Shown: positions 32,301 through 46,379, counted from the stretch's first letter. The stretch: DNA of 64,000 nt from Bifidobacteriaceae bacterium (GCA_031270825.1 JAISXH010000032.1:3771-67770), one strand, 5' to 3'. Notes: generated from the letters alone by a model not told the origin. Numbers and translations: made by a program.

Positions 32301-34802
32301 TCAGTCGAACCCCGCCCCGTGTATGGGGTCGAGCTGCTCTGGGGACTGACGCTCGGCCGGGTCGGCTGTTTGGAGCCCGGCGCGGGCGCCAGTTGCCCAC
32401 CCTGGGCCCACCGCCGGGTCGGCGCCGCCGTAAACGCTTCGAAGCGCCTCGATCTCCCGCCGCCAAAGGCCGGCCGGGACATCCGAGGGCTGGCGCCAAT
32501 CGCCCCTGGGCGACAAGGCTCCGGCTCGCACCACTTTGGGACCGTTCGGCAAGGCCGAACGTTTGAACTGCTGGGAGAAGAACCGCTGATAAAAGACCTC
32601 CAGCCAGTGCAACAACTCCTCCGGCTCGTAGCCCCGGCGGTCCGCGTCTGGCACGCCCTGCGGCCAGCGGCCGCGCTCGGGATCCTCCCACGCCTGGCGC
32701 AGCCGGAAGAAGACCTGACTGGGCGTCAGCCCGAACCTCAGAGTGTAATAGAGCGCGAAATCCTGCAGAGCGTACGGCCCGACCGCCGATTCCGTCGATT
32801 GGATTTCGCCATCTGGGTCCGGGGGCACTAATTCGGGGCTGATCTCAGTGTCAACAACCGCCTGAAGAGTGGCACTCACTCGGTTATCGAACTGGGCCGT
32901 CTTGATAACCCAGCGGATCAAGTATTGGATCAGCGTTTTCGGCACGCCGGCGTTGACGTTGTAATGCGACATCTGGTCGCCCACGCCATACGTACACCAA
33001 CCCAGAGCTAATTCCGACAAATCTCCTGTCCCAAGCACAATTCCGCCTCGGTGATTTGCGAGCCGGAACAAGTAATCGGTCCTCAAACCCGCCTGGACGT
33101 TCTCAAACGTGATGTCGTAATCCGCCCGGCCATGGGCGAACGGATGGTCCAAATCCGCCAGCATCTGGTTAGCCGCAGGCCGAATGTCGAGTTCCTCGAA
33201 GCTCACCCCCAGCGCGGTGGCAAGCGCCGTCGCATTCGCCTTGGTGGCCTCCGTGGTTCCGAATCCCGGCATGGTGTACGCCAGAATGTCGCGCCTGGGC
33301 CGGCCTAACCGATCCATCGCCTGGGCCGCCACGATCACCGCCTGGGAGGAGTCCAACCCGCCCGACAAACCGATCACGATCTTCGGCCGCCCGATCGCTG
33401 CCAGACGTTGGACCAGGGCGCTGACCTGGATGTTATAGGCCTCGTAGCAGTCCTGGTCGAGCCGTTCCGGGTCGTCCGGCACAAACGGGAAACGCGCGAT
33501 CTCGCGCACCAGAACGCTTTGGCCGGCGGCGTCGTCGCTTTCGCCGCCGGTCGCCCCCGCCTGTTGCACGATGCCGTCCGCCCGCTCACCAGCCCCACAT
33601 CTCGCCATGCTCTGGTCACCGCGCAGACGCCCATTCCGCAAGGGGACGGTGATTGTGCTGATTCCGGCATCCTGGGCGGGCGGGAGCGCGGCGGAGACAA
33701 CTTGGAGATCGGCCGTCCGGTGGGCATGGGCGGCGCGGTTGTCGTCGAAGGTGCCCTGGCGCAATCGGTCTTGTCGAATTAACGCAAGATCGATGTCGGC
33801 GAGAATAGTGACGGCGGCATCCGAGAAACGCGGGCCTTCGGCAAGCAATTCGCCACGCTCGTGCACAATTGTCTGGCCGTCCCAGCTAAGGTCTGTCGAG
33901 GACTCTCCTTTCCCGCTGGCAGCATAAACGTAGCCGCATATCAGCTTCGCCGATTGGACTTCGCTGAGGCGGCGGCGCTCGCGCGCCTTCGCCACGGTAA
34001 TAGGGCTTCCGGAGATGTTGGCGATGATTTCGGCGCCGGCCAGCGCGGCCTCCGCGCTCGGCGATATGGGCACCCACAGGTCTTCGCAGATTTCAACACC
34101 GAGCCGGAAGGTCGGCGCTTCGAGGGTCGGTCCGGTTGGAGGCGGCGCCTCGGCGCCTTCGGCCGGGGCGGCGGTGACAGTGGCGGCGCCTTCGGCGGGC
34201 GGGACGACAGCGGGCCGGGCGGCATCGGCGGACGGTGCTGTCGCGGTTCGGGCGGCATCGGCGGACGGTGCTGTCGCGGGCCGGGCGGCATCGGCGGACG
34301 GCGTCACGGCGATATCGAAAAGCTGCTTGGGGCTGACGCGGATGGGCTCGGCCTGACCGGGCAGGTGGATTGTCGCGCTGGCGTCGACACCAGAGGCGAA
34401 TTGACGGTGCTCGTAGAACTCGCGGTAGTTGGGCAGGTAGGACTTGGGCACAGCACCGAGAACTCGGCCGGCCGCGATCACAACCGCGCAGTTGTACAGG
34501 CGGTGGCCGGCGCGCAGCGGCGCTCCTGCCACGATCGCGATTGGCAGGTCGGCGCAGGCCGCCGCGAGTTCGGTCAGCGCTCGCTCAGCCGCGTTGATGA
34601 CGGCCGACTGCATGAACAAATCGTCCAGCGAATAGCCGGAGACGCTGAGTTCAGGGAAGACCGCGAGACTAGCCCCCGCCTGCGCGGCCGCCTGCGCCTG
34701 CGCCGCGATGGCGGCGGCGTTGGCCTGAGGGTCGGCCAGGCGGACTGGGAACGAGCAGGCGGCCACTCTAACGAAACCGGCCGCAGCGGCGTCATAATTC
34801 AC
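32301..34802 (-). CDS. nadE: Glutamine-dependent NAD+ synthetase (CN-hydrolase + NAD synthetase domains) with two insertions
   Basis: FVRVAACSFPV...FPELSVSGY (nitrilase-like) and RFPFVPDDPERLDQDCYEAYNIQVSALVQRL...GLSGGLDSS (synthetase). GTG 34802 (VNYDAAAAGF) is preferred because the track start overlaps pntB. Confidence 0.9.
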   Translation of the reverse strand: MNYDAAAAGFVRVAACSFPVRLADPQANAAAIAAQAQAAAQAGASLAVFPELSVSGYSLDDLFMQSAVINAAERALTELAAACADLPIAIVAGAPLRAGHRLYNCAVVIAAGRVLGAVPKSYLPNYREFYEHRQFASGVDASATIHLPGQAEPIRVSPKQLFDIAVTPSADAARPATAPSADAARTATAPSADAARPAVVPPAEGAATVTAAPAEGAEAPPPTGPTLEAPTFRLGVEICEDLWVPISPSAEAALAGAEIIANISGSPITVAKARERRRLSEVQSAKLICGYVYAASGKGESSTDLSWDGQTIVHERGELLAEGPRFSDAAVTILADIDLALIRQDRLRQGTFDDNRAAHAHRTADLQVVSAALPPAQDAGISTITVPLRNGRLRGDQSMARCGAGERADGIVQQAGATGGESDDAAGQSVLVREIARFPFVPDDPERLDQDCYEAYNIQVSALVQRLAAIGRPKIVIGLSGGLDSSQAVIVAAQAMDRLGRPRRDILAYTMPGFGTTEATKANATALATALGVSFEELDIRPAANQMLADLDHPFAHGRADYDITFENVQAGLRTDYLFRLANHRGGIVLGTGDLSELALGWCTYGVGDQMSHYNVNAGVPKTLIQYLIRWVIKTAQFDNRVSATLQAVVDTEISPELVPPDPDGEIQSTESAVGPYALQDFALYYTLRFGLTPSQVFFRLRQAWEDPERGRWPQGVPDADRRGYEPEELLHWLEVFYQRFFSQQFKRSALPNGPKVVRAGALSPRGDWRQPSDVPAGLWRREIEALRSVYGGADPAVGPGWATGARAGLQTADPAERQSPEQLDPIHGAGFD
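33633..33668. repeat. Unit of the 28-29-nt family lying in frame inside nadE
   Basis: cattCCGCAAGGGGACGGTGATTGTGCTGATTCcggc. Read on the minus strand as ...[11 protein letters not shown]... Confidence 0.9.
34217..34315. repeat. 33-nt tandem repeat x3 inside nadE (encodes PSADAAR(P/T)ATA)
   Basis: gggcggcatcggcggacgg at 34217, 34250 and 34283. Confidence 0.9.
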
Positions 34803-34835
34803 CAACCCAGTTTCCCAGATGCGGCGAACACCAAT

Positions 34836-34862
34836 GTCCGCAAGGGGACGGTGGCTATTGGA
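34836..34862. repeat. Truncated unit of the 28-29-nt family overlapping the pntB stop codon
   Basis: gtCCGCAAGGGGACGGTGgctattgg. The pntB TAG is the reverse complement of 34855-34857. Confidence 0.7.
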
Positions 34863-36303
34863 GGGCGTGGACGATGTCTTCGACGCGGGTCTTGGCGTCG
34901 CCGAACAGCATGGCTGAGTTGTCGTTGAAGAACAACGGGTTCTGGACGCCGGCGTAACCAGTCGCCATCGAACGTTTGAACACGACCACTTGGCCGGCCT
35001 CCCACACATGCAACACGGGCATGCCCGCGATCGGGGAAGACGGGTCGTCCAGGGCGGCCGGGTTGACCGTGTCGTTCGCGCCGATCACCAACACCACGTC
35101 GACTTCGGGGAAGTCGTCGTTGATCTCGTCCATCTCGAAGACGATGTCGTACGGCACCTTCGCCTCCGCCAGCAGCACGTTCATGTGGCCAGGCAAGCGG
35201 CCCGCCACGGGGTGGATCGCGAACCGCACGTCCACGCCCTTGGCCCGCAGCTTCGACGTCAAGTCCGCGACCGCCCCCTGGGCTTGCGCCACAGCCATCC
35301 CATAGCCCGGCGCGATCACCACGCTCGAGGAGTTCACCAGCAGGTCCGCCACGTCTGCGGCGTTGGTCTCGCGATGCTCCCCGTAGTCCTTCGCCTCGCC
35401 GACCACCGCCCCATCGGACCCGAACCCGCCCATGATCACCGAGATGAACGACCGGTTCATCGCTTTGCACATGATGTAAGACAGATACGCGCCGGACGAG
35501 CCCACCAAAGCCCCGGTGATGATCAGCAGATCGTTGTTGAGGGTGAATCCGGCGGCCGCGGCCGCCCACCCGGAATACGAGTTCAACATCGACACGACCA
35601 CCGGCATGTCCCCGCCGCCGATCGCCGCGACCAGATGCAAACCCAGCAGCAAAGCGATCAAAGTCATAGCAGACAACAAGACCAAGCCGAGCGTGCCCCC
35701 GGCGCCCACATGGTCGGCATCGGGCAAAATAACGAACCAGACCGTCAATCCCACAAACGCGACGATGGCGGCCAAGTTGATCAGATTATGGTGCGGCAAC
35801 GCCAACGGCGCGGACTTCATTTTCGCGGACAGCTTCAAATACGCGATGATCGACCCGGTGAACGTCACCGCGCCGATGAACACCCCGATGAACAACTCCC
35901 CGTAATGCAACCCGGCGTTCACCTCCGGGGCGCCTTCCAAATAGGACACCCAACCGACCAGCACCGCCGCCAAACCGACAAAGGAGTGGAACAGGGCGAT
36001 CAGCTCTGGCATCCCGGTCATCTCGACCCGCAACGCCCTGAACACGCCGATGCCCGCGCCCACCAGCATCGGCGCCAGGATCGCGGCCAGGCCCCACCCG
36101 GGCAGACCACCAGCGACTTCGTCGCCGCCGGACTCGACGCCCAGCTGGGTCGCGAGCACCGTCACCACCAAGGCGACGCCCATGCCGACCGACCCCAGAA
36201 TGTTCCCGCGCTTGGACGACTCGTGCTTCGAGAGCCCCGCCAACGCCAGAATGAATAACAACCCCGCCAGGATGAAGGCGCCCGCCTGCAACGAATAAGA
36301 CAT
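34855..36303 (-). CDS. pntB: NAD(P) transhydrogenase subunit beta
   Basis: 482 aa, multi-TM N-terminus. C-terminal [23 protein letters not shown]. Confidence 0.93.
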   Translation of the reverse strand: MSYSLQAGAFILAGLLFILALAGLSKHESSKRGNILGSVGMGVALVVTVLATQLGVESGGDEVAGGLPGWGLAAILAPMLVGAGIGVFRALRVEMTGMPELIALFHSFVGLAAVLVGWVSYLEGAPEVNAGLHYGELFIGVFIGAVTFTGSIIAYLKLSAKMKSAPLALPHHNLINLAAIVAFVGLTVWFVILPDADHVGAGGTLGLVLLSAMTLIALLLGLHLVAAIGGGDMPVVVSMLNSYSGWAAAAAGFTLNNDLLIITGALVGSSGAYLSYIMCKAMNRSFISVIMGGFGSDGAVVGEAKDYGEHRETNAADVADLLVNSSSVVIAPGYGMAVAQAQGAVADLTSKLRAKGVDVRFAIHPVAGRLPGHMNVLLAEAKVPYDIVFEMDEINDDFPEVDVVLVIGANDTVNPAALDDPSSPIAGMPVLHVWEAGQVVVFKRSMATGYAGVQNPLFFNDNSAMLFGDAKTRVEDIVHALQ

Positions 36304-36309
36304 GACCGG

Positions 36310-37872
36310 TCAGCCTTTCTGGAACATCTTCAGCATCCGCTGGGTCACAGTGAACCCGCCGAACACGTTGATCGAAGCCAACAAAATCCCCGCCACCGAC
36401 AACACCAAAATCGCGATGTCCGTGCGGCCCTCATGCTGCGACTGGGTGAGCCCCGCCAAAGAGCCCACCACGATAATCCCCGAAATCGCGTTCGTCACGC
36501 TCATCAACGGCGTGTGCAACGAATGGGACACGTTCCCGATCACGTAATACCCCACCACCACCGCCAGCATGAACACCATGAAGTGCCCCAGCAGCCCCGC
36601 CGGCGACACCCAGAACAGAGCCAGCAGCGCCGCCGCGCACACCCCCAGCACCGTCCACGTCACGCGCGGATCCCGCTTCTTCTTGCCCGATGCCGTCTCA
36701 CCTCCCCCAGCGCCCGCCGGCTCGGGCGGCGGGGCGGCCGGCGCCGCGGACACGCTCACCGGCGGCGGCGGCCACGTCACCTCCCCGTCCAACACCACCG
36801 TCATGCCCCGCACCACCACGTCCTCCTGGTCCAACACCAGCTCCCCGTCCTTCCCGGGGGTCGCCAGCTTGAGGAAGTTCACAATGTTCTGCGCGAACAG
36901 GTTCGACGCCTGGGTCGGCATCCGCCCCGCCAGATCCGTGTACCCGATGATCGTCACACCGCCCGCCGTGACCACCAGTTGGTCCGGCTTGGAGCCGGCC
37001 ACGTTCCCGCCCGTCCCGGCCGCCATGTCCACCACCACCGAACCCGGCCGCATCGACGCGACCATCTCCTCGGTCAACAACCGGGGCGCGGTCTTCCCCG
37101 GGATCTGCGCGGTAGTCACCACGATGTCGACGTCCTTGACCTGCTCCGCGTACATCCTCGCCGCCGCCGCAGCGTAATCCTCCGACGCCTCCTTCGCGTA
37201 CCCGTCCGCGGACTCCTGCGACTCCGCCTCCACGCCCACAAAATCCGCGCCCATCGACTCGACCTGCTCCGCGACCGCCGCCCGGATGTCCGTGGCCCGC
37301 ACAATCGCGCCGAGCGCGCGGGCCGCGCCGATCGCCGCCAACCCCGCCACGCCGGCCCCGGACACGAACACCTTCGCCGGCGGGACCTTCCCCGCGGCGG
37401 TCACCTGGCCCGTGAAGAACGAGCCGAACACGTTCGCCGCCTCGATCACCGCCCGATACCCGGCGATATTCGCCATCGAAGAGATCACATCCAACGCCTG
37501 CGCCCTGGAGATCCGCGGCACCGAGTCCATCGCCAACACGGTCACCCCCGCTTTGGAGAGCTTCTTCAACAGCTCCGGGCTCCTAGGCGCCGCGACCAGC
37601 GACACCAGCACCGCGCCTTTGCGCAGCAGCTTGATCTCCGCGTCTGTAGGCGCGTCGATCTTCGTGACGACATCCGCGCCCCAGGCCGCCTGTCTGGACA
37701 CCACATCCGCCCCGGCCTCCACATATTGGGAGTCCGGGAACGACGCCGCCGCGCCCGCGCCTTCCTCCACCGCCACCCCATAACCCAGCTTCACCAGCTG
37801 CGCCACGGACTTCGGAGAAGCCGCCACACGCCGCTCCCCCTTCGCCGACTCCCTCGGCACACCGATCAACAT
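36310..37872 (-). CDS. pntA: NAD(P) transhydrogenase subunit alpha (fused dI + membrane part)
   Basis: [17 protein letters not shown]... alanine-dehydrogenase/PNT fold, [13 protein letters not shown] dinucleotide motif, C-terminal TM helices. Confidence 0.93.
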   Translation of the reverse strand: MLIGVPRESAKGERRVAASPKSVAQLVKLGYGVAVEEGAGAAASFPDSQYVEAGADVVSRQAAWGADVVTKIDAPTDAEIKLLRKGAVLVSLVAAPRSPELLKKLSKAGVTVLAMDSVPRISRAQALDVISSMANIAGYRAVIEAANVFGSFFTGQVTAAGKVPPAKVFVSGAGVAGLAAIGAARALGAIVRATDIRAAVAEQVESMGADFVGVEAESQESADGYAKEASEDYAAAAARMYAEQVKDVDIVVTTAQIPGKTAPRLLTEEMVASMRPGSVVVDMAAGTGGNVAGSKPDQLVVTAGGVTIIGYTDLAGRMPTQASNLFAQNIVNFLKLATPGKDGELVLDQEDVVVRGMTVVLDGEVTWPPPPVSVSAAPAAPPPEPAGAGGGETASGKKKRDPRVTWTVLGVCAAALLALFWVSPAGLLGHFMVFMLAVVVGYYVIGNVSHSLHTPLMSVTNAISGIIVVGSLAGLTQSQHEGRTDIAILVLSVAGILLASINVFGGFTVTQRMLKMFQKG

Positions 37873-37949
37873 CCGCCACTCCTTCCGTTAGACACAGCCC
37901 AAACCCCCACACGCCACACCTTCGACACGGCCGCCGCCCGCCGGGCACG

Positions 37950-38112
37950 GCCGCCGCGAAAACTAAGCACAATCACCGTCCCCCTGCGTAAACAACACAA
38001 TCACCGTCCCCCTGCGTGGCGCACCGTCGGCGGGGCCGGCGGGGGCGCCGCGAAAACTAAGCACAATCACCGTCCCCCTGCGTAATCAACACAATCACCG
38101 TCCCCCTGCGTG
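37950..38112. repeat. 94-nt tandem duplication, each copy holding two abutting units of the 28-29-nt family; overlaps the mazG 3' end
   Basis: gccgcgaaaactaaGCACAATCACCGTCCCCCTGCGTAA(A/T)CAACACAATCACCGTCCCCCTGCGTGG at ~37950-38018 and ~38044-38112. Confidence 0.9.
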
Positions 38113-38859
38113 GTGGGGGGTCGACTCGCGATCTTTGATTCGGGCCTCCAGGCGGCGAGTCGCCGCGCGGAGCTCTTTTTCGGCGTCCAGGCCGAGCAAA
38201 TCGGCCTCCCATGCTAGAGCCGCCAGGCGCTCGCCCAAGTCGCGCGCCCGGTCTTCCGATGTCGCCTCGGGCGTGCCCGCGTCGGTCCCAATGTCGGTCA
38301 AGCCTGCCCGACGGGCGCGCGCGAACACCTTCTGGGCCCGGGCCAGAGCCGACTGGCCAACCGGGATTCCATCCAACACCGAGCCGCGAGCCTTCTCGGC
38401 CGCCTTCATTTGATCCCAACGCCCCAGCGACTCGTCGGCTGAAATGCCTTCCGCCGCCCCGGCGGCGAAGACATGCGGGTGACGACGCACCAGTTTGTCA
38501 GCCACTCCCCTGGCCAAGTCGTTGAGATCAAACGGGTCATCGCGGTGTTCAGAACCGACGCAGGCGTGGAAGACGACCTGCAAGAGCACATCGCCCAATT
38601 CTTCGCGGAGGTCGTCGCGGTCGCCATGCTCAATCGCCTCGGCCGCCTCATAGGCCTCCTCGAGGAGGTATTGGACCAGCGAGTCATGCGTCTGTTGGGC
38701 GTCCCAGGGGCAGCCGCCCGGGGCCCGCAAGCGCGCCATGGTGTCGACCAGATAGGCCACGCCGTCCAAATCCCTAGTGGCCAGACCCGCGCCGCCCGGC
38801 GCTGAAACATGCGTCGGGAGGGAGTCGGAAAGATGCGGTTGATCTGGAGAAGCGCTCAC
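38095..38859 (-). CDS. mazG: MazG-family nucleoside triphosphate pyrophosphohydrolase
   Basis: LLEEAYEAAEAIE and EELGDVLLQVVFH motifs. GTG start overlaps the upstream lipoprotein stop (GTGA). The last codons and the stop lie inside a repeat unit. Confidence 0.85.
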   Translation of the reverse strand: MSASPDQPHLSDSLPTHVSAPGGAGLATRDLDGVAYLVDTMARLRAPGGCPWDAQQTHDSLVQYLLEEAYEAAEAIEHGDRDDLREELGDVLLQVVFHACVGSEHRDDPFDLNDLARGVADKLVRRHPHVFAAGAAEGISADESLGRWDQMKAAEKARGSVLDGIPVGQSALARAQKVFARARRAGLTDIGTDAGTPEATSEDRARDLGERLAALAWEADLLGLDAEKELRAATRRLEARIKDRESTPHHAGGR

Positions 38860-39506
38860 TGGACCGGTTCCGGGACAGGCGCGAGGTCCGAATCCGTCCC
38901 GGCGGCATCGGCCAGGGTTAGCAAGTCCAGCGAGATCCGCCAGGGCGGGCTCACCGCCTCGATGGCGACAGATGGCTGTTCCCCCTGCGGCAATTGGCCG
39001 TAGCGCGGATTGACTTCGACCTTCTCGAGGGCCGCCTCCAGTTCTTCGGTGCTCACCTGCCCGGAGTCGTAAGCTCCCTGGAGGACCTCCACGCGGGACT
39101 GAGTGAACACGTAGAAGGCGTCCGGCCCCATCGCCTCGACGCGCTTGATGTCGGCGTCATCGCCGACGCCGTTCTCCCTCAGCCAGGTGGCGAAGTCCTT
39201 GATGGTCAACGCCTGGGTGGCCTCGACCAGCGCCTGGTCGCCGGTCGCCTCGATCAAGTGGGCGGCCACACGATCGAGGATGACTTGGCTCAAGATGTCC
39301 GCGGCCGCGGCCGGTTCGGCCTGGGCGTACAGCGCGATCATGAAGTTGTAATCTTCAGTTATGGTCGCCAGCTGATCTTGGGTGATCTTCTCCGTGTCGA
39401 CCAGGGCCGCCACATCCGGTTGATCGCAAGCTGTCAGCACCGGTCCGGCCAGCAGCGCTCCGGCCAATATCAGCCCAGCGCGCCGGGTCAAGCGCTTCAA
39501 AGCCAC
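38856..39506 (-). CDS. Lipoprotein of unknown function (SurA-N-like?)
   Basis: Signal peptide + lipobox: MALKRLTRRAGLILAGALLAGPVLTAC/DQ. Confidence 0.65.
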   Translation of the reverse strand: MALKRLTRRAGLILAGALLAGPVLTACDQPDVAALVDTEKITQDQLATITEDYNFMIALYAQAEPAAAADILSQVILDRVAAHLIEATGDQALVEATQALTIKDFATWLRENGVGDDADIKRVEAMGPDAFYVFTQSRVEVLQGAYDSGQVSTEELEAALEKVEVNPRYGQLPQGEQPSVAIEAVSPPWRISLDLLTLADAAGTDSDLAPVPEPVQ

Positions 39507-39564
39507 ATCGGGCCCCTTCCTCGGGTCAATGGGTCGCCGTCAACCGGCCAATTCCGCCCCTATC

Positions 39565-43484
<3,920 letters not shown>

Positions 43485-43488
<4 letters not shown>

Positions 43489-43598
43489 GTCGGGCTGCCT
43501 TCTTCAACCGGCGGCCTCCCGCCGCCAGCGGCCGCCGGCCTGGCGGCGGCCGTGTGGGCGCCTTGGGCGAGCAGGTCGGGTAGGTGGCTCAGGGTCAC
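43485..43598 (-). CDS. Hypothetical 37-codon relay ORF between pth and mfd (MTLSHLPDLLAQGAHTAAARPAAAGGRRPPVEEGSPT)
   Basis: GTG at 43598 overlaps the pth TGA (GTGA). No internal stop. Its TGA (43487-43485) overlaps the mfd GTG (GTGA). The first 12 codons are identical to mfd. Expression is unproven. Confidence 0.3.
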
Positions 43599-44305
43599 GC
43601 GGGCCCGCCCTCTTCGGGCGACGGTTGGCCGTCGCCGGCGGCCTTGTCGGACGCCTTGTCGGACGCCTTGTCGGCGGCCTGGTCAGACGTCTCGCCTGCG
43701 GGGGTCTTGGGATTGGTGTGGAAAGCCAGCTGGGCGGCGTCTAGACCGAACAGAACTAGCTCCGTGGCGGCATCGGCGGCCTTGTCGGCCAACAAAGCGA
43801 CGTCGGCGCGCTGACTGGCCGGGAAATCTCGCAACACGTAGGCGCTGGCGTCCTGATTGCCCGGTGGCCGGCCGATCCCGCAGCGGACGCGCAGGTAATC
43901 CTTGCTCCCCAGCGCCTTGGTGATGTCCCGCAAGCCGTTGTGACCGCCCTCGCCGCCGCCGCGCTTGATCCGGATCTGCCAGGCCGGCAGATCGATGTCG
44001 TCGTGGACCACAATGACGTGGTCCACCCCGACACCGAAATAGTCCGCCAGTTCGGCCGTCGGGCCGCCGGAAAGGTTCATGAAAGCCAAGGGCTTGGCCA
44101 GGACCGCGCGCGGTCCGGGCGCGCCGCCCGCCGCCACGCCGATCCGCACCGCGGCCGCCAGCGCCCGCCCATGGGCGCGGGTCGCGAAGGACGCCCCGGA
44201 CCGCTGAGCCAGGACGTCCACCGCCATGAAACCGAGGTTGTGGCGGTTGCGGGCGTAATCGGGCCCTGGATTGCCCAGGCCCACAACCAGCCAGACGTCG
44301 TTCAC
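43595..44305 (-). CDS. pth: Peptidyl-tRNA hydrolase with low-complexity C-terminal tail
   Basis: WLVVGLGNPGPDYARNRHNLGF, HNGLRDI. Tail is ...DQAADKASDKASDKAAGDGQPSPEEGGPA. Confidence 0.95.
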   Translation of the reverse strand: MNDVWLVVGLGNPGPDYARNRHNLGFMAVDVLAQRSGASFATRAHGRALAAAVRIGVAAGGAPGPRAVLAKPLAFMNLSGGPTAELADYFGVGVDHVIVVHDDIDLPAWQIRIKRGGGEGGHNGLRDITKALGSKDYLRVRCGIGRPPGNQDASAYVLRDFPASQRADVALLADKAADAATELVLFGLDAAQLAFHTNPKTPAGETSDQAADKASDKASDKAAGDGQPSPEEGGPA

Positions 44306-44327
44306 AGTTCACCCACGGTACGCGGAA

Positions 44328-44918
44328 TCACTCCTCGCTGAAGGCCTGAGTCGCTTCTGTCTCCGGTGTGAGCGCCGGCTCTTCGCCCTGCGGCGAGGTG
44401 ATCGTGACCACGTTGGTGTCCGGATGGTCGACCGCCTCCACGCCCTCAGGCAGCTGCAAATCGGCGATCCTGACGGTCTCGCCCTCGTTCAGGCCGTCCA
44501 CGGAGATCGAGATGACCTCGGGGACGTTGGTGGCCTCAGCGCGCACATGCAGTTCCTGCGAGTCGAGGATGGCCAGGCCCGTCGTCGGCTCGCCGGCGAT
44601 GTGCAGCGGCACCGACGCCTCGATCTTCTCGCCCCGCTTGACGATTTGGAGGTCTATGTGCTGGAGGGTGTCTTTGAGCGCGTCGCGCTGGATCTCGCGG
44701 GCGATGGTCAGAGTCTGCTCGCCGTCCAACTCGATCGTCAGCACCGCGTTGACGTGGCGCAACGCCAAGTAGGCGTCATGGCCCGGCAGCGAAATATGGA
44801 TCGGCGACTCGCTGCGGTCATGCATCACGGCCGGGACCAGCCCGGCCCGGCGGGTGCGCCGCGCGGCGCCTTTGCCAAATTCGGTCCGCTGCGCGGCCTT
44901 GAGGACAATCTCAGCCAT
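44328..44918 (-). CDS. rplY: 50S ribosomal protein L25 / Ctc form
   Basis: 196 aa from ATG 44918 (AGGGAG upstream): MAEIVLKAAQRTEFGKGAARRTRRAGLVPAVMH... The track start 45353 is a spurious extension. Confidence 0.9.
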   Translation of the reverse strand: MAEIVLKAAQRTEFGKGAARRTRRAGLVPAVMHDRSESPIHISLPGHDAYLALRHVNAVLTIELDGEQTLTIAREIQRDALKDTLQHIDLQIVKRGEKIEASVPLHIAGEPTTGLAILDSQELHVRAEATNVPEVISISVDGLNEGETVRIADLQLPEGVEAVDHPDTNVVTITSPQGEEPALTPETEATQAFSEE

Positions 44919-45193
44919 CTTGGGCTCCCTTTCGGTTGATGAGGCCCCGGGCTCGAGACGGCCGGTCCGCTGGCGGCGGACCACTCCAGAACTCGACCCA
45001 GTGCCGGGTTGGTTCAGCCCGGGTCGAGGGCGCCCGCCCACCGGGCCGGCGCCGCATGCAAGTCGATCACGGAGGTCACGGCAGGGCACCGGCCATTCAC
45101 TATCCCCAGTCCGATGCCGCCCGCGGCCTCCCTCGCCAAGGCAACCGTGCCATCCTACCCGCCGCCGCGCGGGGGCGGCGCCAACAGAGAGGG

Positions 45194-45697
45194 TCAGCAG
45201 GGGCCCGATTCGGGCACGCCCGAATCGGCGGAGACGTGGGACTGCGTTTGGCCGTTGGAGCCCTGGAGGCACCAAGTCGTCGCGCCCAGACGAGCCAAAG
45301 CTATCTGGGTGCCCTGGGAGGCGCCCGAGATGACCGTGCCCGCGCTCGCGCAATCAGACTCGGAAGCACCGCAGATGTAGTAGCTGCCGCCGCTGACCTG
45401 GACCTTCGGGTCTTCCCCAGCCGAGGTGTACCAGCTGGCCACCTCCTTGGCGACAATGCTCAACTCGGCCTCGAGCGCGCCGGCGCCAACCGCCGCCACT
45501 TTGCTCTCGCCAGTCAGGGCCTCGCCCAGATCATCCTTGGCCTGGTCGCAGCCGCCCAAACCAGTTCCGACCAGAGCGACCAGAGCGGCGGTGGCCGCAC
45601 CCAGGGCACCGCCGCGCAGGCGCGCCCCCAAGCGGGAACCTAGGCGGGGAGACGAACGCGGATGGGTGGACGGCATCGGGCAACTCCTTTGTCTCAA
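45194..45697 (-). CDS. Small lipoprotein of unknown function
   Basis: Lipobox ...ALVALVGTGLGGC/DQ. Occupies the position of lpqT in the mycobacterial gene order (from memory). Start may be the internal M at 45676. Confidence 0.55.
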   Translation of the reverse strand: MRQRSCPMPSTHPRSSPRLGSRLGARLRGGALGAATAALVALVGTGLGGCDQAKDDLGEALTGESKVAAVGAGALEAELSIVAKEVASWYTSAGEDPKVQVSGGSYYICGASESDCASAGTVISGASQGTQIALARLGATTWCLQGSNGQTQSHVSADSGVPESGPC

Positions 45698-45815
45698 GCC
45701 ATATCAGGCGTGGCAACCGGCCCCATTGTGCCACCCGCGCCCACCCCCAGGCCAGGGTGCGGCACGCCGACGCGACTCCCGCAAGAGCCGCAGGCGCCGC
45801 CAACGCGAAGGCGCG

Positions 45816-46379
45816 TCAGATCTGGCCGACCAACTCCGCCGAGGGCTTGAGCGTGTCCGCGCCCAGAACCCAGCGCGCCGGGCAGACTTCCGCCGGATTG
45901 GCGGCGACCCACTGGGCGGCTTTGACCTTGCGCAGCAGGTCTCGGGCGTCGCGGCCGACAGCCCCGTCCGAGATCTCGATCGCCTTGATGATCCCATCCG
46001 GATTGATCAGGAAGGTGGCCCGTTCGGCCAGGCCGCTCGCTTCGATGAAGACGCCGAAACCGCGTGTGATCTGCCCCGACGGGTCGCCGACCATGGGAAA
46101 CTCGATGGCGCCGATGGCGTCCGAGGTGTCATGCCAAGCTTTGTGCGCGAAGTGCGTGTCGGTGGACACCGAGTAGATCTCGGTTTGCGCGGCCTTGAAA
46201 TCGCCGTAGAGCGAGGCCAGATCGGCCAACTCGGTGGGGCAGACGAAGGAGAAGTCGGCCGGGTAGAAGAACACCACCGACCAGCCGCCCAGCAGGTCTT
46301 GGTCGCTGACATCGCGGAAATCGCCGTTGGCGTAGGCGGTCGCGTTGAATTCGGGGATGCGGGTGTTGAGGCTAGACAC
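45816..46379 (-). CDS. ahpC: Alkyl hydroperoxide reductase C (typical 2-Cys peroxiredoxin)
   Basis: 187 aa. FFYPADFSFVCPTEL (peroxidatic Cys) and C-terminal EVCPARW (resolving Cys). Confidence 0.92.
   Translation of the reverse strand: MSSLNTRIPEFNATAYANGDFRDVSDQDLLGGWSVVFFYPADFSFVCPTELADLASLYGDFKAAQTEIYSVSTDTHFAHKAWHDTSDAIGAIEFPMVGDPSGQITRGFGVFIEASGLAERATFLINPDGIIKAIEISDGAVGRDARDLLRKVKAAQWVAANPAEVCPARWVLGADTLKPSAELVGQI

Noticed and set aside
36433-38085. 550-aa plus-strand ORF antisense to pntA, and the similar 421-aa ORF 51835-53100 antisense to the ABC-F gene
   Set aside because: Extreme Arg/His/Pro composition with no domains. The opposite strands encode clearly conserved proteins.
43683-44312. 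Alternative-frame 209-aa ORF overlapping pth
   Set aside because: It is Arg/Gly-rich and motif-free, whereas the 43595-44305 frame carries the canonical Pth motifs.
45816-46379. ahpC without adjacent ahpF/ahpD as an anomaly
   Set aside because: Stand-alone ahpC reduced by thioredoxin-type systems encoded elsewhere is common, so this is not informative on its own.
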